DNA of 37,518 bases from an uncultured Gammaproteobacteria bacterium (GTDB lineage: Bacteria > Patescibacteriota > Microgenomatia > UBA8517). The notes beneath the pieces were generated by a model. That model did no database searches, was not told where the DNA came from, and worked only from the letters and a program-made list of their open reading frames with translations. The number at the start of each line of letters is the position of its first letter. Position 1 is the first letter of the stretch. Positions 1-8,773 of this stretch are shown here, piece after piece. Made by a program: the position numbers and the translations under genes. The stretch is from contig CAYREZ010000001.1 of NCBI GenBank assembly GCA_964423565.1, positions 976 through 38,493 on the forward strand, written 5' to 3'.

Positions 1-711
1 GAGCTTGTTGCCCAATTCTCCAAGCTCGCTCGAAAATACGGAGTCGGAAATATTTCCACGATATTCAAAACCGCATCTTACTAATAACTCGTAAACTTGG
101 GCAAAGTCTTTCTCACCTCGATATAGTCCCTTGAAACTCGTCTCAATAATAACTATCGATACTTCTTTTAAAACTATTTTGCCCGAATTTAATATAAAAT
201 ATTCCGATCCCTGAGTATCTAGCTTTAATACAACATTTTTTCTAAGTATTATCTTTTTAAAATAGTTGTCCAAGGTGTTGGTTTCAACTTGAACTTTTTT
301 GATTTTTTTTATGAACTCATATTTTCCCAGATTTTTTTTAAACTGTAGTAAAGATGAAGCGGGTATAAAACTGCTTTTATAAAAAGTTGATTTGCCTGTA
401 TGAGCACCTAGGGCCAATTTCTCTACAGTAGCGTCAGATGAAAATTTTTGTGCCTTTATACTGTTATAATTTTCAACCAAAGGTTCAAAAGCATATATTC
501 GTACTTTTGGAAACAAGTAATTAATGACTTTTGTAACTCTTCCTTTATAAGCACCAACATCGATAAACGTGTCAACTTTATAACTTCTCAACCATTCGTA
601 CTGGATATATACCGGAATATAAACTTCCTGAACAATTAAGTAAAATAGTTTGGGGTTTAAAATCAAATAAATTCCGAAAAATATATAATTTTTTAACTTT
701 TGAGATAACAT
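1..711 (-). CDS. FkbM-family SAM-dependent methyltransferase (start present, C-terminus runs off the window edge)
   Basis: Own minus-strand translation. ATG at 711..709 is followed by 237 open codons down to position 1. It is absent from the ORF track because no stop lies in the window. Sequence: MLSQKLKNYIFFGIYLILNPKLFYLIVQEVYIPVYIQYEWLRSYKVDTFIDVGAYKGRVTKVINYLFPKVRIYAFEPLVENYNSIKAQ... The 'IDVGA-x-x-G ... FEP' arrangement is the FkbM/Methyltransf_21 signature. The start abuts the TAA (712-714) of the upstream gene. Confidence 0.7.
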   Translation of the reverse strand, partial: MLSQKLKNYIFFGIYLILNPKLFYLIVQEVYIPVYIQYEWLRSYKVDTFIDVGAYKGRVTKVINYLFPKVRIYAFEPLVENYNSIKAQKFSSDATVEKLALGAHTGKSTFYKSSFIPASSLLQFKKNLGKYEFIKKIKKVQVETNTLDNYFKKIILRKNVVLKLDTQGSEYFILNSGKIVLKEVSIVIIETSFKGLYRGEKDFAQVYELLVRCGFEYRGNISDSVFSSELGELGNKL

Positions 712-1725
712 TTAATTAATTGCTGATAAGAACTGGCTTAGAAAACTTTTCTCAAACCATTTTCTTTGAGTCTTTTCGCTATTTAAGAATTTTCTTCCCG
801 CATCTATATATTTGTTATAATTTTTTTCCTCTAACGAATGTAAAAATAATAGCAATTTTTTGTAACTGCTGAAGTTTCTGAAATCTATAAAGGTTTCTTC
901 AGGTATATATTTATTAATATTCGAGGCGCCATAATAAATTGGGATACAACCCGCTTTAAAACAATCGAAAACTTTTTCTGTTATATAGCCGTCTGCCGAA
1001 GCGTTTTCAAAGCTTATGTAAAATTTAAAACCAGAAATAACTCTTATTTTGTTATTACCTTTTATCTCTCCCTTAAAGGTTTTATATTTTTTAAAACCGA
1101 ATATTTTTTCTTTCAGGCTAAATGGGTCAGGTTTGTCCCAACCATAACCATATAAACTGAAATCGAAAGGAATTTCTCGATCAAAGAAACTTAATCCCTT
1201 CAACCTTTCTTCATATAAGTCCTTTTTAAAAGGACTAATCAGTTTGAACAAAAAAGGAGCAGATTTCTTTTTATTTACCGTCACCAAAAATTGCTTTTGA
1301 GAATAACTTTTTTTTGGGACCTTAATATTCAAGGAGGGCTGAGGTATATAAATCTTGAAACGCTTTTTATTATCTACAATCCTATCATTCCATGTATAAA
1401 CACGCCTAAAGAAATTGTGTAAAAACTTAAAATGATTAAAGGGATTAACAAGAGGAGACTCAAAACAAAAAAGTATATTTTTGTCTATGTGAGTAAATAA
1501 ATTAAACCAGTCTTTTACGTTCCACGGATACGGAACGTCGCAGTAAACATAAAAGTCAGCTCTAGGCTGTTTTTTAATATCGTGTGTATAAACCACAACG
1601 CCGTATTTTTTGAGTTTCTTGGGAAGGTCAAAAAAAATATTATGACCATTATTAATTTTGAATAGCTTATTTTTTAAAAATAATTTACCATAAAACGGCT
1701 TAATGCTCACATACTTCATTTTCAT
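712..1725 (-). CDS. GT10-family alpha-1,3/1,4-fucosyltransferase-like glycosyltransferase
   Basis: 337-aa ORF. The C-terminal block FYISFENASADGYITEKVFDCFKAGCIPIYYGASNINKYIPEETFIDFRNF matches the GT10 fucosyltransferase motif (FENS..x..Y-[VI]-TEK ... [IV]P[IV]Y.G), as in Helicobacter FutA/B. ATGA overlap with the upstream gene at 1722-1725. Confidence 0.8.
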   Translation of the reverse strand: MKMKYVSIKPFYGKLFLKNKLFKINNGHNIFFDLPKKLKKYGVVVYTHDIKKQPRADFYVYCDVPYPWNVKDWFNLFTHIDKNILFCFESPLVNPFNHFKFLHNFFRRVYTWNDRIVDNKKRFKIYIPQPSLNIKVPKKSYSQKQFLVTVNKKKSAPFLFKLISPFKKDLYEERLKGLSFFDREIPFDFSLYGYGWDKPDPFSLKEKIFGFKKYKTFKGEIKGNNKIRVISGFKFYISFENASADGYITEKVFDCFKAGCIPIYYGASNINKYIPEETFIDFRNFSSYKKLLLFLHSLEEKNYNKYIDAGRKFLNSEKTQRKWFEKSFLSQFLSAIN

Positions 1726-2549
1726 ATTAACTTGCGGCTTCTCAAGAAGTTGAATAAACTAATTCTCATTTTTGAGGGCATAAACCAAATGGTTGTATAC
1801 TCAGCCAAATTATAAATAACAGCATAGATGGAAGGCTTATACCCTAATTTACGAATAGCGTTTAATTTGACCTTAAGTCCTCGAATTTCAATAGATTTAA
1901 GGTTCTTATGACTGCTAGAAGTCGTATATAGAGTATATTTAAGAAGATATTTTGGAATCGTAGCAAACTCATATTTCGTCCCGATTTTAAACCAGAGGTC
2001 TAAATCTTCAACTGGAAAAATGTTTTCCACATAGCCACCAAACTCTTGATATGCTTTTTTCCTAAACATGACAACTGGGTGAGCAAATGGGTTATATCTA
2101 AATATGACTTTTTTTAAATCGTTTGACGCAGTAGGATATTCCCGTTTTGAAATTTCCTTGCCCCTTTCATTTATTACCGTCATATAGGCACCCACTACTG
2201 CCACTTTGGGGTTTCTTTCCAGAACTTTATATTGCAATTCCAATCGCGCTACATCTGAAACGTCGTCGGCATCCATTCGAGCAATAATATCTGCCTTGGC
2301 GTAACTAATTGCTTTATTCAATGTCTTGGCAATTTTTAAATTTTTTTTATTACTGAAGATTCTTATTCGTTTATCATCACGCACATATCTTTTTGCAATC
2401 GATAAGGTCTTATCAGAAGAACAGTCATCAACAATAATGAGTTCGAAATCTTTTTTTGTTTGGTTTAAAATACTTTCTATTGCCCTGGCTATATATATTT
2501 CAGCATTATAAGTAGGCATAACAACTGAAATACTTGGTTTATTTTTCAT
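1722..2549 (-). CDS. GT2-family glycosyltransferase
   Basis: 275-aa ORF. N-terminal SVVMPTYNAEIYIARAIESILNQTKKDFELIIVDDCSSDKT and a downstream DADD motif are typical of the GT-A fold Glycos_transf_2 family. Confidence 0.85.
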   Translation of the reverse strand: MKNKPSISVVMPTYNAEIYIARAIESILNQTKKDFELIIVDDCSSDKTLSIAKRYVRDDKRIRIFSNKKNLKIAKTLNKAISYAKADIIARMDADDVSDVARLELQYKVLERNPKVAVVGAYMTVINERGKEISKREYPTASNDLKKVIFRYNPFAHPVVMFRKKAYQEFGGYVENIFPVEDLDLWFKIGTKYEFATIPKYLLKYTLYTTSSSHKNLKSIEIRGLKVKLNAIRKLGYKPSIYAVIYNLAEYTTIWFMPSKMRISLFNFLRSRKLI

Positions 2550-2563
2550 TTTTAACTGTATAA

Positions 2564-3439
2564 TCAGTTTTTAATCCCAGGTTTCTTTTTAGCAAGAATA
2601 AAAATTCCAACACCCCAGGATTTTGGGGTCCATAAGTCATTTAATTTATCCACAAAATTTACAAACTTAAAAGCATAATTAAATATTCCCGATTTTTTGG
2701 AGGTTATTTCAAACTTGCTTACTGCTTTTATTGTTTCTCGAGACAAATTTCCGCCATATAACTTTTTCGCAGCAAAGTGCATCAAATTGTGGTTAAAAGG
2801 TAATGACCAAAAAGTTAGGGGTTCGGCTAAGCTTACATTAAATCCGGCGGCTTCTACGACATTCTTAATTTGCTCAGGTTTATAAAGTCTTATATGCTGA
2901 TTCCAAATTCCTGCCCAGAAACCCGATTTTATATGGGTACCGAATACATTTTGCAAAACCCAATTTATCGGATCCCAAAGAAATGGAAAATTATAATTTG
3001 GAACCGTCAAAACCATGGTTCCCTCTTTTTTCAAAACCCTTTTCACTTCTTTTAATCCTTTCAAATCGTTTGGCAAATGCTCGGCTACTTCACTCATAAC
3101 AATCTTGTCAAATATCCTATCTTTGAAGGGTAGTTTTTTCATTAAATCAGCCTGAACAAACGGGATATTTTTTCCTTTTAAGTTTCTTTTTGCTGAAGCG
3201 AGAGCGAGAGGATCAAAATCAGTTCCGGTCAACTTTAGTTTCATACCTAAATTCGAAAGTAGATGTAAATAGTATCCGTCTCCGCAGCCGACATCTAAAA
3301 TATTATCACCATCCCGCGGATTAAGTTCTTCTACTATTCTTCTTGCCCTTCTTTTTAATGCCATGTCACCGGTGTTCTTAAGTAAAACCATAAGTCTATT
3401 TGATAAGAATGTTTGATGATTTTTGTTGGACGATGGCAT
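2564..3439 (-). CDS. class I SAM-dependent methyltransferase
   Basis: 291-aa ORF. Motif I ILDVGCGDGYY and a post-I acidic residue (TGTDFD) are typical of Methyltransf_11/25. Confidence 0.8.
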   Translation of the reverse strand: MPSSNKNHQTFLSNRLMVLLKNTGDMALKRRARRIVEELNPRDGDNILDVGCGDGYYLHLLSNLGMKLKLTGTDFDPLALASAKRNLKGKNIPFVQADLMKKLPFKDRIFDKIVMSEVAEHLPNDLKGLKEVKRVLKKEGTMVLTVPNYNFPFLWDPINWVLQNVFGTHIKSGFWAGIWNQHIRLYKPEQIKNVVEAAGFNVSLAEPLTFWSLPFNHNLMHFAAKKLYGGNLSRETIKAVSKFEITSKKSGIFNYAFKFVNFVDKLNDLWTPKSWGVGIFILAKKKPGIKN

Positions 3440-3440
3440 A

Positions 3441-4613
3441 CTACTTTATATAAGTTGAAATAATAACATCCGCATTAACTTCAGAGTATTTCTTTTCTGC
3501 AAATTTTCTCGCATTATCTGACAATTTTTTTAGTTTATCAGGATTTTTATAAAAATACTCAGCCGACTCTTTAATCTTTTCTGGAGTCACGTCGATTAAC
3601 TTTCCCACGCTTTGGTCAATCGCCTCCGGAATTGCGCCTCTATTAGATCCGATTACCGGAGTACCACACGCCAAAGATTCCAAAATCACTCTTCCGAAAC
3701 CTTCCTCATGTACCGAAGGAACTATTAAAACATCCGCCGCATTATAGTACTTAGGCAACTCATCATTATCTATTTTTCCTAAGTATTGAACATTGGAAAT
3801 TGGAAATCCATCGACTTCGCTCGGGACGGTGAGTTTGTCGAACCGTTGGAAATTGGAAATTGTATTTTCCATCGGTCCTGTTCCAATTATCGTCAAAGTT
3901 ATGTTTTTATCCCAAATTTTAGCCACTTCCAAAAGTTCATTAATACCCTTTTCTAGCACTAACCTCCCCACAAATAAAACAATAAATTTATCTTCCCAGC
4001 CAATCTGTTTTTTAACTTGTCTCTTGTTACTTGTTGCCTTAAACTTATCTAGATCCACCCAATAAGTAAACTCTTGAATTTTAATGTTATCTATCCCCAG
4101 ACTTTTAATTTCTTCAGCTGATTGTTTGGATAATACCAAAATCTTATCAGACTTATTAAAAATCCATTTGGCAAAGATGTGATATAAACCTGCTTTTGGA
4201 AAATTATATATCGAGTGCGTCGTAGTTATAACTTTTTTAGAGAAAACTTTGCTCCAAAAAACCGCTGCAAATCCGGCAATAAGTCCATGACTGTGTATAA
4301 CAGAAATATTTTTTTCTTTAATCAATAAAACTGGTATAAACAGAAAAAGTCCCGGTATTAAGTACATAAATTCCAAAATAGGATTGTTAACAAGATTATA
4401 AAAAACGCCACCGAACCACGGAATTCTATAAATAGTCAAATTACCATTCTTTTCAATAAACGGTGCTGAAGCTTTTGTCGTGATAGGTTTATAAGTTAAT
4501 ACATCAACCTTCCAACCTTTTTTCAAAAGGACTTTTGTCAGATCATCAAAATGCGTTTCGATTCCGCCAATATTGGGCGAATAAGCAATAGTAGTAAGAA
4601 GTACTTCTTTCAT
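3441..4613 (-). CDS. GT4-family (GT-B fold) glycosyltransferase carrying a translated repeat element
   Basis: 390-aa ORF. C-terminal EEGFGRVILESLACGTPVIGS is the E-x7-E region of Glycos_transf_1. The linker ...ISNFQRFDKLTVPSEVDGFPISNVQYLG is encoded by the repeat at 3793-3860. Confidence 0.85.
   Translation of the reverse strand: MKEVLLTTIAYSPNIGGIETHFDDLTKVLLKKGWKVDVLTYKPITTKASAPFIEKNGNLTIYRIPWFGGVFYNLVNNPILEFMYLIPGLFLFIPVLLIKEKNISVIHSHGLIAGFAAVFWSKVFSKKVITTTHSIYNFPKAGLYHIFAKWIFNKSDKILVLSKQSAEEIKSLGIDNIKIQEFTYWVDLDKFKATSNKRQVKKQIGWEDKFIVLFVGRLVLEKGINELLEVAKIWDKNITLTIIGTGPMENTISNFQRFDKLTVPSEVDGFPISNVQYLGKIDNDELPKYYNAADVLIVPSVHEEGFGRVILESLACGTPVIGSNRGAIPEAIDQSVGKLIDVTPEKIKESAEYFYKNPDKLKKLSDNARKFAEKKYSEVNADVIISTYIK
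3793..3860 (+). repeat. Mini-element copy 1: 15-bp direct repeat, 38-nt core, 15-bp direct repeat
   Basis: TTGGAAATTGGAAAT (3793-3807), then CCATCGACTTCGCTCGGGACGGTGAGTTTGTCGAACCG, then TTGGAAATTGGAAAT (3846-3860). Its first 38 nt match the reverse complement of 20239-20276 at 36/38 positions. The overall architecture is shared with 20212-20276. Confidence 0.75.
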
Positions 4614-5638
4614 TTCTTAAATAACTTAATTATTGCGAACTTACAGCTCACATAACCATATATCAAGGTGGTTCCAAGGCACATTAAAGGGTGAACAAAC
4701 CAGGCTAAATCCCTGATTTTTATATATCCCTTCAACGATTCTCCCACAGGACCTATTATCGTCAAGCTGTATAAAACAAAAAGAACTACCTTAATACCGT
4801 CGCCTTTCATAACAACACTCCACCGCCTTTTCCCATGTTCCTGAAAATGATATCTTTCAACAAATATTTTCCTTCTATTCAAGAACTCTAAAAGACCTCG
4901 GGAATGAGTTAAATGGATTATCGAATTTTTAACAAATGCAAATTTCCTATGACCTTTTACGACAACGTCATATAACACGTCAATCGGGTAATGATTATCG
5001 GGATCCGCTTTAGCATTATCTAGAATAAGTTTGCGTCGCATCAAACAACCATTGCTTCCTATAGAAGGAAATTTCCTGGGGTCTTTTTCAAATTCAACTA
5101 AAAAATACTTACCCATGTCCTTTGCTTTTCCGACTAAACTCCACGATCTTGAAATTTGATTCATTCTATCCGCTTTTCTTAAAAAATAAGGTAACGGCTC
5201 ACTCGTACCAAAAAGTGCAAAATAGCGATCCAATAAATCATAGTTTTTATCGTAATGGTAGTAACAAGTTGATGATGCTACAACATCTTTATGCACCAAA
5301 AGAGGGTTAACCATATTTTTTAGCCAATTTTTATCGGGCAAAAAATTATCATGATCAATTATCAGTACGAACTCACTTTTTGCTTTATTAAATGCAACCC
5401 CTCGGTTATATTCTGCGTGTTGTTTTTTTTTGGGAATTCTTAGCACTTTTGCATTATATTTTTTCGCTATAGCCAAGGTTTTGTCTGTCGAACCACCATC
5501 TCCCAATATTATTTCTATCTTCTGCTGGGGATAATTTTGAAGTCTTACCTTACTAAGACATCTGTCTAAAGTTTTATCAGAATTGTAGGTTGCAACACAT
5601 ACGGAAATTGAGGGAAGGACTCTAGTTATTTTTCCCAT
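4610..5638 (-). CDS. GT2-family glycosyltransferase with C-terminal membrane segment
   Basis: The track ORF is 4610..5662, but its first codon is TTG. The first ATG is at 5638 (MGKITRVLPSISVCVATYNSDKTLDRCL...IEIILGDGGSTDKT). The hydrophobic C-terminus is VVLFVLYSLTIIGPV...LMCLGTTLIYGYV. ATGA overlap with the downstream gene at 4610-4613. Confidence 0.8.
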   Translation of the reverse strand: MGKITRVLPSISVCVATYNSDKTLDRCLSKVRLQNYPQQKIEIILGDGGSTDKTLAIAKKYNAKVLRIPKKKQHAEYNRGVAFNKAKSEFVLIIDHDNFLPDKNWLKNMVNPLLVHKDVVASSTCYYHYDKNYDLLDRYFALFGTSEPLPYFLRKADRMNQISRSWSLVGKAKDMGKYFLVEFEKDPRKFPSIGSNGCLMRRKLILDNAKADPDNHYPIDVLYDVVVKGHRKFAFVKNSIIHLTHSRGLLEFLNRRKIFVERYHFQEHGKRRWSVVMKGDGIKVVLFVLYSLTIIGPVGESLKGYIKIRDLAWFVHPLMCLGTTLIYGYVSCKFAIIKLFKK

Positions 5639-6399
5639 ATAAATCGCATAAGTCTTACCCAAAGAAATTGTGGTAAAACATTCTTAAGCAAAATCATTAT
5701 TTTCGCATCTGTTCCAATTATCAATATTGGAAGAGGGTTGCTTTTATTGATTAAAGTAATAATTTTCGCGGCGACATAATCCGGGGTCAGCATGGGAAAT
5801 AATAACTTTAAAATTAAAAACTTTTCCCGCGCAGGCTTGTGATGTAAAACCGTCGTATTCTCGCCTGTTTTTTTAATTGCACCCGGGATAATATTGATGA
5901 CGAAAATTTTGTCTTTATATAACTCGTAGTACAGCGCGTCGCCCAAGGCTTCTAAGGCGTGTTTGGATGCTGAGTATAAACCGAAGTTCGGAAGCGAAAT
6001 TAACCCGTTTAATGAAGTTATGTTGACGATTTTTCCTCCACCATTCATCTTCATCAATGGATAAATATTTTTAATTAATCTAAATACTCCGAATAAATTA
6101 ACGTTAACAATATCCCTAAAATCCGATTCAGAAAAACCCAAACTCGGCCCGCTAATGGTATATCCTGCAATATTTACAAGTACATCTACTTTTTTTTCTT
6201 TTTGGCTAATCTTACTTACTAGTTTCTCGCAGGCGTCTGAATTAGTAATATCTAAAGTGAGGGCAATAATGTTTTGATATCCATATTCAACTTTTTGTTT
6301 AGATAGGGCATATACAATGTAATCTGCCTTCGATAAACGCAAAATAACCTCTCTACCAATTTCACTGTTTGCTCCAGTAACAACTGCAATTTTTTTCAT
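5626..6399 (-). CDS. SDR-family NAD(P)-dependent oxidoreductase
   Basis: 257-aa ORF. Contains KIAVVTGANSEIGREV (TGxxxxxG) and the catalytic YSASKHALEAL (YxxxK). Confidence 0.85.
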   Translation of the reverse strand: MKKIAVVTGANSEIGREVILRLSKADYIVYALSKQKVEYGYQNIIALTLDITNSDACEKLVSKISQKEKKVDVLVNIAGYTISGPSLGFSESDFRDIVNVNLFGVFRLIKNIYPLMKMNGGGKIVNITSLNGLISLPNFGLYSASKHALEALGDALYYELYKDKIFVINIIPGAIKKTGENTTVLHHKPAREKFLILKLLFPMLTPDYVAAKIITLINKSNPLPILIIGTDAKIMILLKNVLPQFLWVRLMRFIWEK

Positions 6400-7514
6400 A
6401 GACTTTCTATTAATTCAAGACTTTCTTTGGTAGCCTTTTTCCAATTAAATTTGCTCGCCCATTTTCGACAATTTTTTTGCATAGATTGGTATTCAATCTT
6501 ATTGCCAACTAGTTTTAAAGCATTTTCAGCTAAAGCTTTATATTCTCCCTTCCCTACTAAAATCCCTGTCTTGTTATTAACTACCGAATCTTTTAAACCA
6601 TGCACATTATACCCTACAACTGGTGTACCTACCGAGTTCGCTTCGATATTTACCAATCCCCATCCTTCATGATAAGAAGGATTAATTAAAAGTTGTGCAC
6701 TTGCCAGCAAATCAAACTTTTTAGAATCGGTTACATAACCCCAGATCTTTAATTTTTCAATAATTCCTACATCGCGAGCTAATTGTTTTAATTTTCTTAT
6801 ATAAGCACCGGTTCCGGTTCCGACTATCCAATATTGCCAATTATCATCCTTCCTTTCTATTTCGCCGAAAACTCTTACTGCATCAAAAGTACCTTTATCT
6901 TCGCTTATCGCTCCTAAATAAATAGCTGTTTTTTTTGCTTCTTTATCGGGAAGGATTTTAGGAAGATGTAACTTAACACCGTTTTGGATAATTGTTATAT
7001 TGTTCTTTGGAATTCCCCAATCAACAAGATCGAATTTTGTTGAGTTTGAAACAGTTAGAAATGGTATTTTCCTGTAAAATAAACGAAAAATATAACGCTC
7101 AAAAAAAATACCAAAAATAGAAGGTAGAATATTTAAGGGCTTAGGCCAAGGATTAAGTTTCCAAACTTCCCTTGCCACTTCATGAATGAATCCAAGTTTG
7201 CGTGACCTTACATATAGAGGAGTGAAAAAAGGGATTCCATGAAACTCATCAACAACAAGGTCAAATTTTGGATGTTTTTTAAGGAAGTACCATAGGAATG
7301 CCCGTATTTTTACTCCGAATACTGCTTCCCCAGACCTTATAATCCTTACTCCGCTTACTTTTTCGTCTCTCTTCGCCCCTATATAAAATGAAGAAAATAA
7401 GCAAACGTCGTGTCCCCCCATTACCCAGGCTTTTGCGTGTTCAAACGTGACTTGTTCAGCTCCTCCAGCGTTCGGATGACCTTGGCTTCTCCAAGAAAGT
7501 ATAAGTATGTTCAT
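6396..7514 (-). CDS. GT4-family glycosyltransferase
   Basis: 372-aa ORF. HEGWGLVNIEANSVGTPVVGYN is the E-x7-E motif. ATGA overlap at 6396-6399. Confidence 0.85.
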   Translation of the reverse strand: MNILILSWRSQGHPNAGGAEQVTFEHAKAWVMGGHDVCLFSSFYIGAKRDEKVSGVRIIRSGEAVFGVKIRAFLWYFLKKHPKFDLVVDEFHGIPFFTPLYVRSRKLGFIHEVAREVWKLNPWPKPLNILPSIFGIFFERYIFRLFYRKIPFLTVSNSTKFDLVDWGIPKNNITIIQNGVKLHLPKILPDKEAKKTAIYLGAISEDKGTFDAVRVFGEIERKDDNWQYWIVGTGTGAYIRKLKQLARDVGIIEKLKIWGYVTDSKKFDLLASAQLLINPSYHEGWGLVNIEANSVGTPVVGYNVHGLKDSVVNNKTGILVGKGEYKALAENALKLVGNKIEYQSMQKNCRKWASKFNWKKATKESLELIESL

Positions 7515-7946
7515 TTAGTTGATATTAACAAACCCCTTCAGTCCCCTATATATAATAGAGTAAAATACAAAACTTCCTACTACAAGTGAATCATAAATAA
7601 GATGAGGAATTAGAGCAAATAGCAGAATGGTAAAAACGGATCTCCAACCTTTCCGATACGAAAGTGGAAAAAGGAGTAGCGTCCATTCCCAAGCATGAAA
7701 TGGTACTATCGCTCTTTTTGTATTCAGAAAATAAGATGCCGAGATGAAATCAAAAACATTAAATTTGAAACCAAAATATAAAAAATAATCCAGTAAGTGA
7801 TCCAGATCCAATAAATAAGTGAGTAAAATTACAAAAAGGGCACTTTTAAGAGATCTTGTTTTTATAAAAATTATATAAGCAAAAGGAATTGCGAATATTC
7901 CGTGAATCATCTCCTGCAAAATAAAATTGGGCGAGATATTGCTCAT
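7515..7946 (-). CDS. small polytopic membrane protein, possibly a YdjM/DUF457-like metal-dependent membrane hydrolase
   Basis: The track ORF extends to 7982. The ATG at 7946 makes an ATGA overlap with the stop of the upstream gene (7943-7945). Four or five hydrophobic helices. His/Asp-rich motifs (LDLDHLLDY, PFHAWEW, IPHLIYD) resemble DUF457. The functional call is weak. Confidence 0.45.
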   Translation of the reverse strand: MSNISPNFILQEMIHGIFAIPFAYIIFIKTRSLKSALFVILLTYLLDLDHLLDYFLYFGFKFNVFDFISASYFLNTKRAIVPFHAWEWTLLLFPLSYRKGWRSVFTILLFALIPHLIYDSLVVGSFVFYSIIYRGLKGFVNIN

Positions 7947-8773
7947 CTGGAGTTTAAAGTTAGGTAGGACGGAGTCACCCAATTGGACTTATTTTTATCT
8001 TCATAAAATCTAAGAATCCTTAGACGATAAAATACTGCTGCAGTATCCCAAATCATGCTCATGATTGTTTTGATAAAACCTTTTGAGGTAATTGTTGAAA
8101 CACCACCCTCAAATTTCATTTTCAACTCAACCGGAGCTTCATAAATTTTTCTGAAACCTAAATAATTTGCGACTGCTAATATCTCGATATCAAAAGCAAA
8201 TGCTTTAACGAGCATCCGCGGAAGAACGCTCTCTAACACTTCCCTCCTGAAAAATTTCATTCCAACCTGGGTATCACGTATTTTCAAACCAAAAAGTATT
8301 CTTACCAATATCTGGTACCCCACGGAAAGTATTTTCCTCTGCCAAGGATAAATTACTTTACTTGCAGGGTGTCGCTTTGAACCGACTATAATATCCGCGT
8401 CATACCAAATAAAGTGCTCTAATAACATATTTATGCCGTTTGGGTTGATTTCAAGCCCGGCATCAATAAATCCGATAATATCACCTTTAGCTTTTGCCAT
8501 TCCGTAACGAACAGCATGCCCTTTACCTAAATTATTTGAATAGCCTACGACTTTAACTTCAGGATACTTCACTGCTACTTTCTTTGCAGCTAAATAAGTT
8601 TTATCGCGACTTCCATCATTAACACATATTATTTCATAGCTGTATCTCAGCTGATTTAGCACTTTTACGATTTTAAGAAGACCAGTCTCTATAAACTTCT
8701 CTGCGTTATAGGCTGGAACTACAATACTAACTGTTTTATCCCTGTGTGGTTGATATACTTTTTCTATTTTCAT
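7943..8773 (-). CDS. GT2-family glycosyltransferase, DPM1/ALG5-like (candidate polyprenyl-phosphate sugar synthase)
   Basis: 276-aa ORF. Contains VSIVVPAYNAEKFIETGL...YEIICVNDGSRDKT...NLGKGHAVRYGMAKAKGDIIGFIDAG. This pattern is typical of dolichyl/polyprenyl-phosphate hexosyltransferase-type GT2 enzymes. Confidence 0.7.
   Translation of the reverse strand: MKIEKVYQPHRDKTVSIVVPAYNAEKFIETGLLKIVKVLNQLRYSYEIICVNDGSRDKTYLAAKKVAVKYPEVKVVGYSNNLGKGHAVRYGMAKAKGDIIGFIDAGLEINPNGINMLLEHFIWYDADIIVGSKRHPASKVIYPWQRKILSVGYQILVRILFGLKIRDTQVGMKFFRREVLESVLPRMLVKAFAFDIEILAVANYLGFRKIYEAPVELKMKFEGGVSTITSKGFIKTIMSMIWDTAAVFYRLRILRFYEDKNKSNWVTPSYLTLNSR

Noticed and set aside
1-60. Possible degenerate third copy of the mini-element at the window edge. 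The minus strand reads GGAAATATTTCCGACTCCG...TTGGAGAATTGGGCAAC, against GGAAAT..CGACTTCG...TTGGAAATTGGAAAT in the element.
   Set aside because: Only short matches are present: an 8-mer with one mismatch and an 11-12-mer with a gap. The spacing differs and the middle section is not similar. I cannot distinguish this from chance without alignment statistics.
3793-3860. Two identical 15-bp repeats separated by a 38-nt unique segment look superficially like a minimal CRISPR repeat-spacer-repeat unit.
   Set aside because: There are only two repeats, and each is 15 bp, far shorter than CRISPR repeats. The unit lies entirely inside an intact ORF, with no leader or cas genes in the window. The whole unit, including its 'spacer', recurs at 20212-20276. 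It behaves as one repeat element rather than an array.
3875-3888. The 14-mer CTGTTCCAATTATC is repeated at 3875-3888 and 5709-5722.
   Set aside because: Both copies encode the same short peptide (IIGT) in unrelated proteins, the GT4 'TIIGTG' and the SDR 'LIIGTD'. There is no extended nucleotide similarity beyond that. This is coincidence of codon usage.
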